Positions 10,701-22,612 of a DNA stretch of 64,000 bases are shown piece by piece. Every line of letters starts with the position of its first letter. Position 1 is the stretch's first letter. Source of the stretch: Anthoceros angustus (taxonomy: Eukaryota > Plantae > Anthocerotophyta); assembly GCA_010909165.1 (NCBI GenBank), contig MU008157.1, forward strand, positions 310,001 through 374,000, written 5' to 3'. Both the position numbers and the translations under genes were made by a program. The notes under the pieces are model-generated. The model had not been told where the DNA came from and ran no database searches. It saw only the letters and a list, made by a program, of their open reading frames with translations.

Positions 10701-11413
10701 GTCGACCCACAACCAGATCCTTCTTAGCTGCGCACAGTTGTAGAACAGTATAAAACAGAGACTCAGAAATAGGACAGTCTGTTTGCGCCAGAGATTCCAG
10801 GGCTCCAACAGCCTCAGTAAGCTTCCCCTGCTGACATAACGTGCTCACGGTTATAGTCGTTACGGCGCCCATTTCCAATCCCGCACGCCTGCCAAGCTCA
10901 GCCTTGTCCGAAAAGCTCGACTTGGAAGAAAAGGCCCTATGACCCATCTGCATATCCCAAGAGACCAACCGCTCATCAACCCAAGCTGGCGTCAACACGC
11001 TGTTTAACCACAGGACCTGACGCCGAAAGTCAGGCGAACGGAACTCCTCTTATCTTGCCTATTGTCCCACCACATAGTAGGGTCCGGAAAAAACTGTTGC
11101 CACAGGAGCTCCTGCTCCTGGCGACCACCATCGCTGGAAGATCCTTCCCCAACCACACATTCTCTGGGAAGTGAAAGAGCTGGGTTCCTTACACTGCTGC
11201 ATCTAGAGCCCTTATGGTTTCCCAGCGGTTGACTCCCTGATGTGAGATGAGCGGGAGCTCCTCGTAAAATCCCTGTACACACACCAATTTGTTGGGTCCA
11301 CAAGGGATCCGGTTGCCATACTGTGACCACCTTCCCGCCCGCGCTCTCGGAAGATGAGGCTCTATTCAAGCTGTGGCAAGATGCCACAGTATGGCCAGCC
11401 AAACTGTGGCCAT
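7726..11413 (-). pseudogene. Longer PLS PPR-E1-E2-DYW:KP (GRP) paralogue with one PDF-like module, disrupted
   Basis: Fragments 11004-11402, 10204-10998, 9901-10179, 8353-9876 and 7726-8328. There is an in-frame TGA (AENML*SCESQS) at about 8353 before E1, and CSDRH replaces CSDCH. A -1 and a -2 frameshift are repeated in each copy of the 303-bp duplication. Ends CSCKGRP. Confidence 0.88.
9766..10376. repeat. Exact 303-bp tandem duplication equal to one P-L-S triplet
   Basis: Sequence from AGGCCCTCTTGCTCC at about 9766 repeats with period 303 (ORF ends at 9901 and 10204 confirm the period). Confidence 0.92.
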
Positions 11414-13308
11414 GCCACCCCTTCTACGTACATACATCGCAGACAATGTCACACAAGCTTGTATATAGGACCTAATTACTAAGCTTGTATGTAGTACTTA
11501 CTAAGTAGGAAGTACTCACAACCCTTATATAAGTACCTATATAAGTTTGTCCCTGACTAGGTTAGAGACTTTCATCTTGTGATCTACGTATTATGTGGTC
11601 TAAGTAAACTACGTAAAAAACCTTCATAACTCCTAACTACCTACTATAGAGCTTCATACCTACTATGAAGCTTCATGCTCTTTACCTATTGTTGTATGCC
11701 ATATTGGTTCTAGTATTGCTGGCGCGTTCCTATGAATTCAATACAAGATCAAACGAGTCTCATGACGGCACAAACCCCCAATCGAGTATGTTACCTTGCT
11801 GTACCCGTTCCATATCTGTGAGTGCAGCTGCCTGCCCTTCTGTAAGGCACCAGCACTTGCACAGGCCTTCAGAAGACAAACAAAAGTAACATGGTCACCC
11901 ACAATCAGGCCCTCCTGCTCCATTCTTTCATACAAAACAAGCGCCTCTTGAGCCCTTGCTGCATACACAGAAATGAGGGACGTCCATGTCACCACATCCT
12001 TTTCGGACAAGCTTTCAAAAACATGTCGCGCATCTTTCAGTTCGCCACATTTTGCATACATGCCCACCAGGCAGTTGCCAACAAAAGTTAGGAGGAATTA
12101 CACTGTCTAACACATCACAGTGCACTTTTCTCCCCGATTCCAAGTCGGCAGCACATGTACAAGCTTGATGGTTCCCCAAGTATGCAGTCGACTCGTAACC
12201 AAGTTTGACAGTGAGATCATGAACCCGTCGACCCACAACCAGATCCTTCTTAGCTGCGCACAGTTGTAGAACAGTATAAAACAGAGACTCAGAAATAGGA
12301 CAGTCTGTTTGCGCCAGAGATTCCAGGGCTCCAACAGCCTCAGTAAGCTTCCCCTGCTGACATAACGTGCTCACGGTTATAGTCGTTACGGCGCCCATTT
12401 CCAATCCCGCACGCCTGCCAAGCTCAGCCTTGTCCGAAAAGCTCGACTTGGAAGAAAAGGCCCTATGACCCATCTGCATATCCCAAGAGACCAACCGCTC
12501 ATCAACCCAAGCTGGCGTCAACACGCTGTTTAACCACAGGACCTGACGCCGAAAGTCAGGCGAACGGGAACTCCTCTTATCTTGCCTATTGTCCCACCAC
12601 ATAGTAGGGTCCGGAAAAAACTGTTGCCACAGGAGCTCCTGCTCCTGGCGACCACCATCGCTGGAAGATCCTTCCCCAACCACACATTCTCTGGGAAGTG
12701 AAAGAGCTGGGTTCCTTACACTGCTGCATCTAGAGCCCTTATGGTTTCCCAGCGGTTGACTCCCTGATGTGAGATGAGCGGGAGCTCCTCGTAAAATCCC
12801 TGTACACACCAATTTGTTGGGTCCACAAGGGATCCGGTTGCCATACTGTGACCACCTTCCCGCGCTCTCGGAAGATGAGGCTCTATTCAAGCTGTGGCAA
12901 GATGCCACAGTATGGCCAGCCAAACTGTGGCCATGCCACCCCTTCTACGTACATACATCGCAGACAATGTCACACAAGCTTGTATATAGGACCTAATTAC
13001 TAAGCTTGTATGTAGTACTTACTAAGTAGGAAGTACTCACAACCCTTATATAAGTACCTATATAAGTTTGTCCCTGACTAGGTTAGAGACTTTCATCTTG
13101 TGATCTACGTATTATGTGGTCTAAGTAAACTACGTAAAAACCTTCATAACTCCTAACGCTCTACTATAGAGCTTCATACCTACTATGAAGCTTCATGCTC
13201 TTTACCTATTGTTGTATGCCATATTGGTTCTAGTATTGCTGGCGCGTTCCTATGAATTCAATACAAGATCAAACGAGTCTCATGACGGCACAAACCCCCA
13301 ATCGAGTA
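10251..13308. repeat. About 1.53-kb tandem segmental duplication of the 5' part and upstream region of the minus-strand PPR gene
   Basis: 10251-11784 is repeated at 11785-13304 with AGTA microhomology at the junction. The copies differ almost only by 1-4 nt indels. Confidence 0.92.
11785..12934 (-). pseudogene. Truncated 5' copy of the minus-strand PPR gene (PDF-like module plus first PLS motifs)
   Basis: ORFs 12015-12923 and 11738-12067 match the N-terminus of the 7726-11413 gene and stop at the duplication junction. Confidence 0.85.
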
Positions 13309-13426
13309 CAGCCTTATGGCCACGTCATCACGAGATGAATGTCCTCCGAGATTTGTTTGAACATGGTCCTATGACATGAGACAAGGAACAACAACAAAGT
13401 GGGACAAACTCTACGATATGCCTGTT

Positions 13427-13618
13427 AGCCTGTGGAAGCCATGTTGCTGAATAAAAACGAGAATATAGTTGGAGCTCAAGGGCAATAGTCGGCCAGTGGA
13501 AGCCATGTTGTTGAATAAAAACGAGAACATAGTTGGAGCTCAAAGGCTACAGTCAGCCTGTGGAAGCCATGTTGATGAATAAAAACCAGAACATAGTTGG
13601 AGCTCAAGGGCAACAGTC
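13427..13618. repeat. 64-bp tandem repeat x3
   Basis: AGCCTGTGGAAGCCATGTTGxTGAATAAAAACGAGAAyATAGTTGGAGCTCAAGGGCAAyAGTC-like units at 13427, 13491 and 13555. Confidence 0.95.
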
Positions 13619-13619
13619 T

Positions 13620-16600
13620 TGTTACTGCAAGTGATGATTCATTACGAAAGTGAGCAGGCTTTATAGTTCCCTAGCTTGCTCGACTTCCAAAGCACAATAA
13701 ACTCATGGCAGCTGCATAGTCTCTACATTCCACCACATCAATAAACCATACAAAATCTACTTATTACTCAACCTACTATGGCCTAGCTCTTCAAGAGTAT
13801 GAGACCCTCAAAGGCGTTTCTTTGAGCCGCTTCTAACAAACCTCTGAGGGCCTTACATTAGAGATCATCTATGAGGCGACCCCTGAAGGACTTCCAAACC
13901 TTACAGGAATGCTCAACCCTTTTACTAGAGACAACATAGATCAATGGGCGGCCTCAAAAGACTTAGGCAGGCGCCACGACCAAAGTCATCAGGTTGGGAG
14001 GTACCCCTTATATGAAGCGGCGGGTTGCTTAACCTACTTTCGAACAACTAGAGAACGTATGATCACAATCTCTCACAATTTCTGAGAATTAAAATACGTG
14101 AAAACTTAGGGAAACCTCAAGCATTCCCCTCGCCCCCGTTCCCACCTCTATGCCAGCTCTGTTGGCTGATGTTGCTCTTCATTAATGTCCTTCAGGAATT
14201 GGCGTATCCAGAGGATTTCCTTAGCTGCCAATGAAGTTGCTGCGTACTCCGCTTCGGTGGATGAGAGGCACACTGTCGCCATCTTCTTGCACGCCCAGGA
14301 GACTGTTGAGCTGTTGATCATGGTGCAATAAGCTGCTGTAGATCTTCTGGCATCAGGATCTCCAGCCCAGTCTGCGTCTGAAAAACATGTAAGTACAAGT
14401 TTGCTACTCATCGTAGGTATGAGAGGTGGGGATCTGGTTCCTTTTAAGTACCTAAGTATTCGTTTAACGCATGTCGATTGGGCTTTTCGAGTTGGAAGAT
14501 ACCTAGATGCTATATTTGACTGGGATATGCGGGCGTGTCAGTTGCTAGGTATAGAAGGCGCCTCTGACTTCACTATACTTGCTTCATTTCTTCTATTTGT
14601 GCGGTGTAGTAGGGGAATCTTCTGCGACACCTTTTCACTGCTGACTATGGGTGTGGTGACAGTCGGCATCTTTAAGGTTAAACCTATCCAACGTGGTCTA
14701 ATAATGTTGGTGAATAAAGAAGGAATGTTCTGTTGCACTTCTCTCAAACTGGACACCTAGGGCGAACTTGAGAAGGCCTATGTCTACAATCTCGTACTCT
14801 TTGGCAAGTAAATCTTTTACGTACTGAATGATCTGAGGGGAACTGCCGAAAATGAAGTTGTCATCAACATACAAGGTAAGTAAAGCAAAATTCTTTTCCT
14901 GTCTGAGGAGGTACACACTTGGGTCTGCGGCTAAAGGTAGGAAACCAGATTTCTTTAGGAACAAGTCCACTGTTTCGTTCCATACCTGAGCGGACTGTTT
15001 TAGTCCGTAGAGGGACTTCAGTAGCTTACAAACCTTCTTGTTATTTTTGATGTATCCCGGAGGTTGAAGCATGTAAATGTCTTCATTCAAGGTGCCGTAC
15101 AAAAGCGGTTTAACGTCGACTTGGTGAATCTCCGGATGGTGATGATGCCGGTGCCAAGAGTATTCTAAGCGATGTTGATTTCACCAGGGCTATAAAGTCG
15201 GTTCTCTTCGTAGTCAAAACCGAGGACTTGGTGAAGCCTCAGCGACTAGCCTTGCTTTGTGTCTTCATCTGGATTGACTTTCTCCTAAAGGTCCACTTGC
15301 ATGAAATGGGTTTCTGACCGGGGTAGGTCGTCAAGATCAAGTTTTATTCGCAACCAGTAGTATTCGAGACTTATGCTGCGGTCCATTCGAGGGTTCGGAA
15401 GGCTTCTTCAATTGGTAGGCACATCCTGCATCTCAATGGTTGACATAGCTTGATATAGAGCCGTTAACATGATGAGCTTCTTGTTGTTGTTGTTGCACAT
15501 CTTCATCGGGCTAGGGTAGCAGGTAAGGTTCTGGAGGTTGAAGCCCCGCGATGGTAATTGTCCTTCCAGCTAGGCCGAGGAGGGCGTTGACGGTAGAGCG
15601 TCTGAGTGAGGCTCAGAGCTCGGTAGTAAAGGTTGCTCGGTCTTTGAGTCTTGTCGGGTTGGGAAGTGGGTCAAGTTCGCGATTGGTTGGAGAGGTGGCT
15701 GACCTATGGCTTGTGGTTGTGCGGGTGTAGGTTGTGCAGGAGCTGGAGGCGGTGGCTGAATTGTGGCTTGTGCTGGAGCTATTGGTTGAGCAGCCTGATT
15801 GCCTATCTGGCCTTGCAGTTCAATGATTTCGTAATCTGTAGGGTTATATGTGTCCCCCTCAAGGTCAGAGAGGGAAGAAGGGGAGAAACCATGCAGGCTA
15901 GGAGTAGGCAGAGGGGTTTGAGTTTGCACAGATTGCAGATAAGTATTGAGCAGTGTGACTTCATGAAAAAGCACGCTGCGTGAGAGGGTTACCTGACGGG
16001 TGGAAGGGTCAAGTAATCTGTATGCCTTGGATTGGTCAGAATAGCCCATGAACAAGAGCTTCTTACCCTTGTCGTCCCATTTCTTGCGCAGGTCATCAGG
16101 GATATGGCGGCTGCCAAAAATCACAAGTGAGATATGCGGGGCTTCTGGCCCGTCCACCGCTCATATGGTGTGATGTTGGGAAGCTCCTTCGTGGGCAGTC
16201 GGTTTTTAAGATAGTTGGCCGTAAAGCGGCTTACGCGATATCCTTGTGTAAGCCACAGCGGCTTGAGCGGAGAGCAGATATTTCCAGCAATGATCTGTTC
16301 AGCCTTTCTGCAAAAGGGTTTTGGGCTGGTGTATAAGGTACGGTAAGCTATCGTTTGATGCCCTTGGTTGTGCAGTATTCCTGGAAGGAGTGACTCAGGT
16401 ATTCTCCAGCGTTGTCCATTCGAAGGGTGCTGACCTGAAGCCCTGTGTGCCGTTCCGCTAGTGCCACATACTCCTGGAAGCATTGAAGGGCCTGGTCTTT
16501 GTGATTGAGGAAGTATATGCAGCAATAGCGGCTCCATTCGTCCAGGAATGTCAAAAAATAGGAATGACCACCGAAAGAGGATGTACTCATTGGGCCACAG

Positions 16601-17500
16601 ATGTCCGAGTGGACGACTTCAAGCAAACGCTTCACTCTTGTAGGTAAGGGGTCATTGAAAGGTAGCTGGTTCAGCTTGGTGTATTGACAGATCTCGCAGT
16701 GCAGGTCTGGAAATATTTTCCCTGAGATTGGGTCCCGATACATGGTTGGACTGGACAGGGAATTCAAGTAGCGGGTGCTGAGGTGACCAGCTCGACAGTG
16801 CCATAAGAGGGAGTCAGACTTGGAGAGGGTTCTTGTGGCTGACTTCTGGGTGTCGACAAGCAGGGAAGTTGACTGGATAGTGAGAAGATAGAGATCGTTG
16901 TAAGGGAGGCCATGTGCTAGGATAGTCTTGGATGGGTCACGGAATCTATGAATAAGGCAGTGGTTACCCTGAAAGGTGATGACTAAGTTGTGTTCCGTGG
17001 CTAGCTTTGTGACGAGTTCTTGGTCATGCGGGGACATGCAGGACTCGATGATGAGGAGACATTCTCCATTCGGATTGCGGTGAGGCGTTGCGGTACACTA
17101 CGGCGCTATCGTCTCCTAAGCGAACATGTTGGTCTGCAGGTGAATCATGGTAAGATTCAAAAGCTTCTTTGCTGCTGCAGATATGCGTAGTCGCTCCGGA
17201 ATCCAGGAACCATTTGCTTTCATCTTCTCGTGAGTGTTAAGTTGCTGAAACGAGAGGTTGGAGAAGGCGACTTTGTGCTTGTGTAGTGGGATTCACGAGG
17301 TGCATCGCGACGGTTCCCAGCAAGTTTCTTCTGCACTCATTTTCAAAGTGCCCAGGAATACGGCACCAGTTGCACGGGCCCTTGGTCCTGCGGTCAGGTT
17401 GCTTGTTGATACTGAAAGATGGTTGAGAAAAGGGCCTTCGCGCTTGAAGTTGCCGCGGCCTCCATCTCTCCCTATTAAAAAGGTTTGGATGAATTTACCA
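13620..17500 (-). mobile_element. Decayed Ty1/copia LTR retrotransposon; 5' end missing; probable 3' LTR at about 13620-14123
   Basis: Minus-strand order: zinc knuckle CNWCRIPGHFENEC (about 17330-17380), GAG-pre-integrase LWHCRAGH, integrase LLEVVHSDICGP...LRMDNAGEY, RT (YMLQPPGY, LYGLKQS, LYVDD), RNase H (FSDADWAGD...SSTEAEY). PPT GAACGGGGGCGAGGGGAA at 14141-14124 is followed by TG. The other LTR boundary is inferred only from a TG..CA end. Confidence 0.92.
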
Positions 17501-17811
17501 TAGAAAATAAGGCTTGGATGGAAACAGCTAAAGAAGCCGGATGAAGAGAAGAATTTTATTTAAGTCCACTCAGGACGGATTTCCGTCATGGGACTTGGAT
17601 GCTTAATCACGAGGTTCTTATAAATGTGTGTCCATTTGGCCTAAGCCACTTGGACACACATGACAATGGGATGTCATATCTGCTTTGTGCCCGGACATTT
17701 GAGAAATATGTAGACGATCTAAGGGTCGCGCTTTCCCGCCGTTCGACGTTCGAGCCCTACCCCGCTCAAACACGAAACTTGGACATTTCGGTGGCAGCCA
17801 ATGTTGGTGCG

Positions 17812-20800
17812 ATGGACAAGGAGGCCGAGGCCGACGGAAATCAAACTGGCGAGCTGGACAGATCGGATCCTGAGAAGCTGCAAAGGCTTCATTCCCTTCT
17901 CTTCGGTTCGGAGATCGCTCTCGGAAACGGGGATACGGAGACCGCGCTCGGCCTGGCCTTGCGTCTGCTCGGATTTCTGTTAAGCGAGTGTAAGACCGCC
18001 GAGGATGAGGCCTACCTGAAGCCTCTGCTGAAGCAGGCGTACCAGAGAGTAGATGCTGCGCAGGATGCGACGTTGGTGGACAGGTCAGCTTTGTTGCTGT
18101 GAAATTTGTGGGATTGACTCGCCTGGCGCTCTCGACTCACAGTGTGCTTCCGTACTGCAGTCAAGCTTTGGGGCAGGCGAGGTGTAAAGATGGTTTCCTG
18201 TTTCGCCATCAGAGGCCACTTGATCTGGAGAGCATTATGAGATCCAGGTACCTGCGTCCGTTTGTCTGCCAGGAGCAGGAGAATTCTGTGGATCGACTGG
18301 TAAGCCAGTGCCTCTGTTGCTCGGGATGACGGTGTAGGGCGGCTTGCGTACTCACCTGTCGTGCGTGGTTGAACGATTTTTAGGGCCAGGCTTCCACGTC
18401 CCAGCCCTGTGAGGACCAGGATGGGCACGCTGGGAGGCAGGCTGCGAATGGGCTGAAACCCAGGAAGCCCTTGATGCAGTCTAAACTAGTCACATTGTAC
18501 GCAACACCGAAGGTTGACAACTCAAGAAGCCTGGGTGCCAAGTTCGCTTCACGTGTCGGAGATGCTAGCACCTCAGGGCGGAGATGTGCTTCGGAGGAAG
18601 AGGGTGCAGTGCCTTCCAGCTACACGAAAGCTCGTTTTGTGTCCACTGACCAGCACAGAAAGTCGGCTGAGTGCTCGGATTTGGAAGTTGCAGCTCCAGA
18701 GGATGAGGAAGGAGACGTGATTGCTCGATATCGAGCTAACAAAAAGCGATTCAGGGATCCTTGTCTGCCCAGTTTGAGACCCGACAAGGGAAGAGCTCCG
18801 TGGAAGGAGGGGTCAAATGAAGACGAAGAGGCTGGACGTCCAGCCAAACACTTCATGACTGCGAGTCAAAAACTTGTGTTGTCCCTCTGCCTGTTCAACC
18901 TTTCCAGCAAGACACTTTGCTTCCAGTCTTTGGAGATCAGCCATTTTCATGAAACTGATTTGCGAGTCCTGAAACTAGGATTTGCGAGTTCTGAAAGCAT
19001 GACCGCTGTGACTCTGGCTGTTCTCTTCAGGTGCTCGATGGAGCTCAGAACCGAGTTGCAGGAGGAAACGGTGCTGGCAGTTCTCGGTCGGAGGCTGAGG
19101 GTTTGGCCAATCAAAAACCAGTATTGTGCTCCTACCTGTTCAACCATCGTAGCAAGACAGCCCTCGTTTGCACTCTTTGGAGTCAGCAAATCATGAAACT
19201 AAGATTTTGAAGTCCTGCGGACACTGCCCCCTGAGGCAATATCACACTGTCTTTGTTCTTCAGGCGCTCGATGGAGCTCAGAACCGAGTTGCAGGAGGAA
19301 ACAGTGCTGGTCACATGCGGGGGACTGGAATAAAAACATTGGGACTGCCCCGAAGGGGTGTCCGTCAAGGGTTTGTTCCACCCTTCCGAAGTAATGGTTA
19401 CGCAGGTGGGAGTGGTGGAGCAACTGGGATGTATCGGCCCCCATCCAATGTGGATAATGGCGTAGAGGACTCAACAAGACAATGGTACGGAACCTCATGC
19501 AACTGAAAGAAACCTTTTGATGTCAAGTTGTTATTTGTTGATGAGATCTTGAGCATATGAAGCAAACCACTGCTTCATCTGAACTGAAACGAGCAGATTG
19601 CAGCTTGGAGCTACTTGCAGGCCCTGATGGGGAGTTGCCTGAGCGTCTGCGGAATCTGGACCCTAAGCTATTAGAGCACGTCAGCAACGAGATCATGAAC
19701 CGGGACACACATGTCCGGTGGGATGACATAGGTGAGCTGCAGATGTTCCAAAAGACATTTTCTCCTTTTCTGTAAGGTCTACACTCTAACCTCGTTGCAT
19801 GTTGTGTTTTTCATCTTCAGCTGGACTTGATCATGCGAAAAAGTGTGTCACGGAGATGGTCATCTGGCCCCTCCTAAGACCAGATATCTTCCAAGGCTGT
19901 CGTTCCCCGGGCAACGGTCTTCTTCTTTTCGGCCCTCCAGTAAGTTTCAGATCATCAGTATAGGCTCAGGCTTGTGCATCCTTTCCTCCCTGAAACCTTG
20001 GGCTCGAGCTTGCCTCTGCAGGGAACTGGCAAAACCATGATAGGGAAGGCTATTGCTGGGGAAGCCAACGCTACCTTCTTTTCCATCTCAGCTAGCTCCC
20101 TGACCAGCAAGTGGGTATGTAATAGAACATTGAATTCTACCATCCTTAAGTAACTGCAGCGGTACAAGAAATGATCGCATCTTTGTTTTGATACTAGCCT
20201 GGATCCCGCTCCCGTGCAGATTGGAGAAGGTGAAAAGCTTGTTAGAGCTTTGTTTGGAGTCGCCAGCTGTCGGCAACCTGCTGTCATCTTCGTTGATGAA
20301 ATCGACTCATTGCTGTCCCAAGTAAGGAATATGAATAGGTGCCACAGTTCGTCGCATGCTGTGCCGTTCCTATTGATCTCATGGAAGGTTGTGAGCATGG
20401 GTGCAGCGTAAAGCAGACGGGGAGCACGAGTCCAGCAGAAGATTGAAAACACAGTTTTTAATTGAAATGGAGGGTTGTAGCAGTGGCACGGAGAAAGTCC
20501 TCCTCATCGGTAATGATTCAGTTTCGGACATTTCAAACCATCTCAGTAAAATGTTGCTGCCAACTGAAACAGTGCCTATCTGTCAGGTGCAACTAACAGA
20601 CCCCAGGAACTAGACGAAGCAGCAAGGAGACGGCTTGCCAGACGGCTTTACATCCCGTTGCCCTCTGCTGGTACGTCCCACTGTCTCTGTACTAACGGTA
20701 TTGCCCCTTATCTGTCGTTGCCTCTACGATGCCCAGCTAAACCACAAGCTTGTGCCCGTACAGAGGCGAGAGGATGGATAGTGCGCAGCCTGTTACAGAA

Positions 20801-21251
20801 GGATAACCTCATGACGCTTTCACAGGAAGAACTTCAGACGATCTGCGCGAGTACAGAGGGTACGTTCAAGAAGTTTAAACTTCCATCAACTGTTTTGCTA
20901 GGTTGCTAAGATCACTGATTCTGACTGCTGTATTCTGGATTCAGGGTACTCAGGTTCTGATATGAAGCATCTCGTGAAAGAGGCGTCCATGGGTCCTTTG
21001 AGAGAGGCCCTGATGCAAGGGAAAGATATCAGCCAACTAAGCAACGACGAAATGAGGCCCATCCGCGTTGAGGTACTTTAGCTTGAACCCATCTTGGACG
21101 TATCAAACCTTTCCTTCGAAGTATTATCAACCTGCTGCTCTGTTTGCCTCAGGACTTCACGAAGGCGTTGGAACAGGTAAGGCCCTCTGTGTCGCCGGAT
21201 GAACTAGGTCAATATGAAGACTGGAACAAGCAATTTGGTGGTCTGACATAG
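17812..21251 (+). CDS. FIGL1: Fidgetin-like 1 AAA ATPase (multi-exon)
   Basis: N-terminal [10 protein letters not shown]...[18 protein letters not shown], Walker A GPPGTGKT, Walker [31 protein letters not shown], and C-terminal [12 protein letters not shown]. Confidence 0.9.
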
Positions 21252-21350
21252 AGAGCGAGGCCCCCTGTGAATAAGCTACAAATATAAACGCCACATTTTA
21301 ATGAATTTCATCCGTCCAAAGCACTCCCATTTCCGCCGCCGAAATCGTTT

Positions 21351-22360
21351 CTATTTCCTTCGAACCTTGATCTTCAAATACAACTTCACTTTCCCGTCAG
21401 GCAGTGGAAGACTTTCTGGAAATCGAAGAGGAACTTCAAACTCGCCCAATGATGAGATGGGAACGTCCATCTCTAAGTTTGCAGGTTGTACGACGACCCC
21501 TAATTGTCTCTCGACCTGCGCACCGAGGGAAGTCCATCAGAAAAGGCCAAGAGTGCTCCCGGTTGGAGTTCAAGGATGACCAGACCTCAGCTGCGACTTC
21601 ATCCGTGTTGATGGAAAACTGCAAAGTGCTGGTTTTACCAAGCTCCTTCCTTATGACCTGCACATGGAAGCAACTTGTTGGAGGCAGAATACACCAAAGG
21701 TGACCCACCCACCAACAAACTATACCAGTCGCTGATAGCAGAGCTGAGGAACGCCATACCACACGGCCAGAGTCCAGTCTCTTTAAAATAACACTGACAT
21801 CCTTCAGCTTGTCATCTTTAGGTTTCAACTCTTCCTTAACCTCGTCTTTGGCCTTCTCCTTTGACGGCTGGACAGCCTGTGCAATAGCAGCAGCACCACT
21901 CCTTCAGCTGAGTACTTCTCCAAACAACAGTCTGGGGGGCAACCACAGAGAGGGAAGAAACGCCATCGTTACCTCCAGCTGCTTTTTAACCAAGGTGACA
22001 TACTTTTCGATGGCGGGAAGGGCAATAAGTTCAGGGATGAGCTTGTTCCGTGCATAGCCAGGCGCGACCTTCACGATCTGCCCGGCCTTCCCCAACCCTG
22101 CCAAAGGCTGTAGAGCAGTCAGACCTCGATCCCACAGGTAAATGCCTCCAACAAATCAACATCCTTGCACCAAACCGAATGCATACCTTCGTCAAGATCA
22201 CCTCTTGCTTGGACCTGACTCTAATGCCTCGGATAAACGATGCGGTAGGATTCCTGCCGCATCCACGGTAATTGGACAAGGAAATCACAAACGTCCTGCC
22301 CTAGCCGGCATTGGCACTGGCTCTGGCAGCGACACGCACCGCAGCAATGGATCTGAGCAT
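21351..22360 (-). CDS. RPL9: Organellar (probably mitochondrial-type) 50S ribosomal protein L9, multi-exon; an in-frame TAG at about 22302 in the presumed transit region is unexplained
   Basis: EVILTK, GLGKAGQIVKVAPGYARNKLIP (L9 N-domain) and C-terminal SSLGEFEVPLRFPESLPLPDGKVKLYLKIKVRRK*. Confidence 0.82.
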
Positions 22361-22612
22361 CAGACATCTTCTAGCACTGGTTAGCATCAGACAAGATGAC
22401 CTGCTACCTTACCTCCTGCACCCATCCTCCCACGCTCTCTGACAGACCAACCGGAGGCGAGAGCCGCTCCGAAACCACGCCATGGATTACACTGAATCGT
22501 GAATCGAGATTCGAGCATGGCCAACAACAGCCCTAATCCGATTCCGAACCGCCACTCGAAAAGGAGCTGGTGCAAGCAAAATATAGCCTTATCGAAACAG
22601 CAACAACAAACA
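22361..22612. promoter_or_regulatory. About 250-bp putative bidirectional promoter between RPL9 and RPL3
   Basis: Divergent start codons at 22360 (-) and 22613 (+). Confidence 0.55.

Noticed and set aside
1-13300. Numerous 60-180 aa ORFs antisense or off-frame to the PPR genes and repeats (e.g. MSPHPLRPSCQK..., MLLMKVGAIW...)
   Set aside because: They are shadows of repetitive PPR codons or of the duplicated TE and promoter; no independent protein signal.
13427-13618. Possible CRISPR-like array
   Set aside because: Units are contiguous with no unique spacers, and the context is eukaryotic nuclear DNA.
17812-21251. Functional link between anti-recombinase FIGL1 and the adjacent rearranging PPR cluster
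   Set aside because: FIGL1 acts in trans; proximity gives no evidence.
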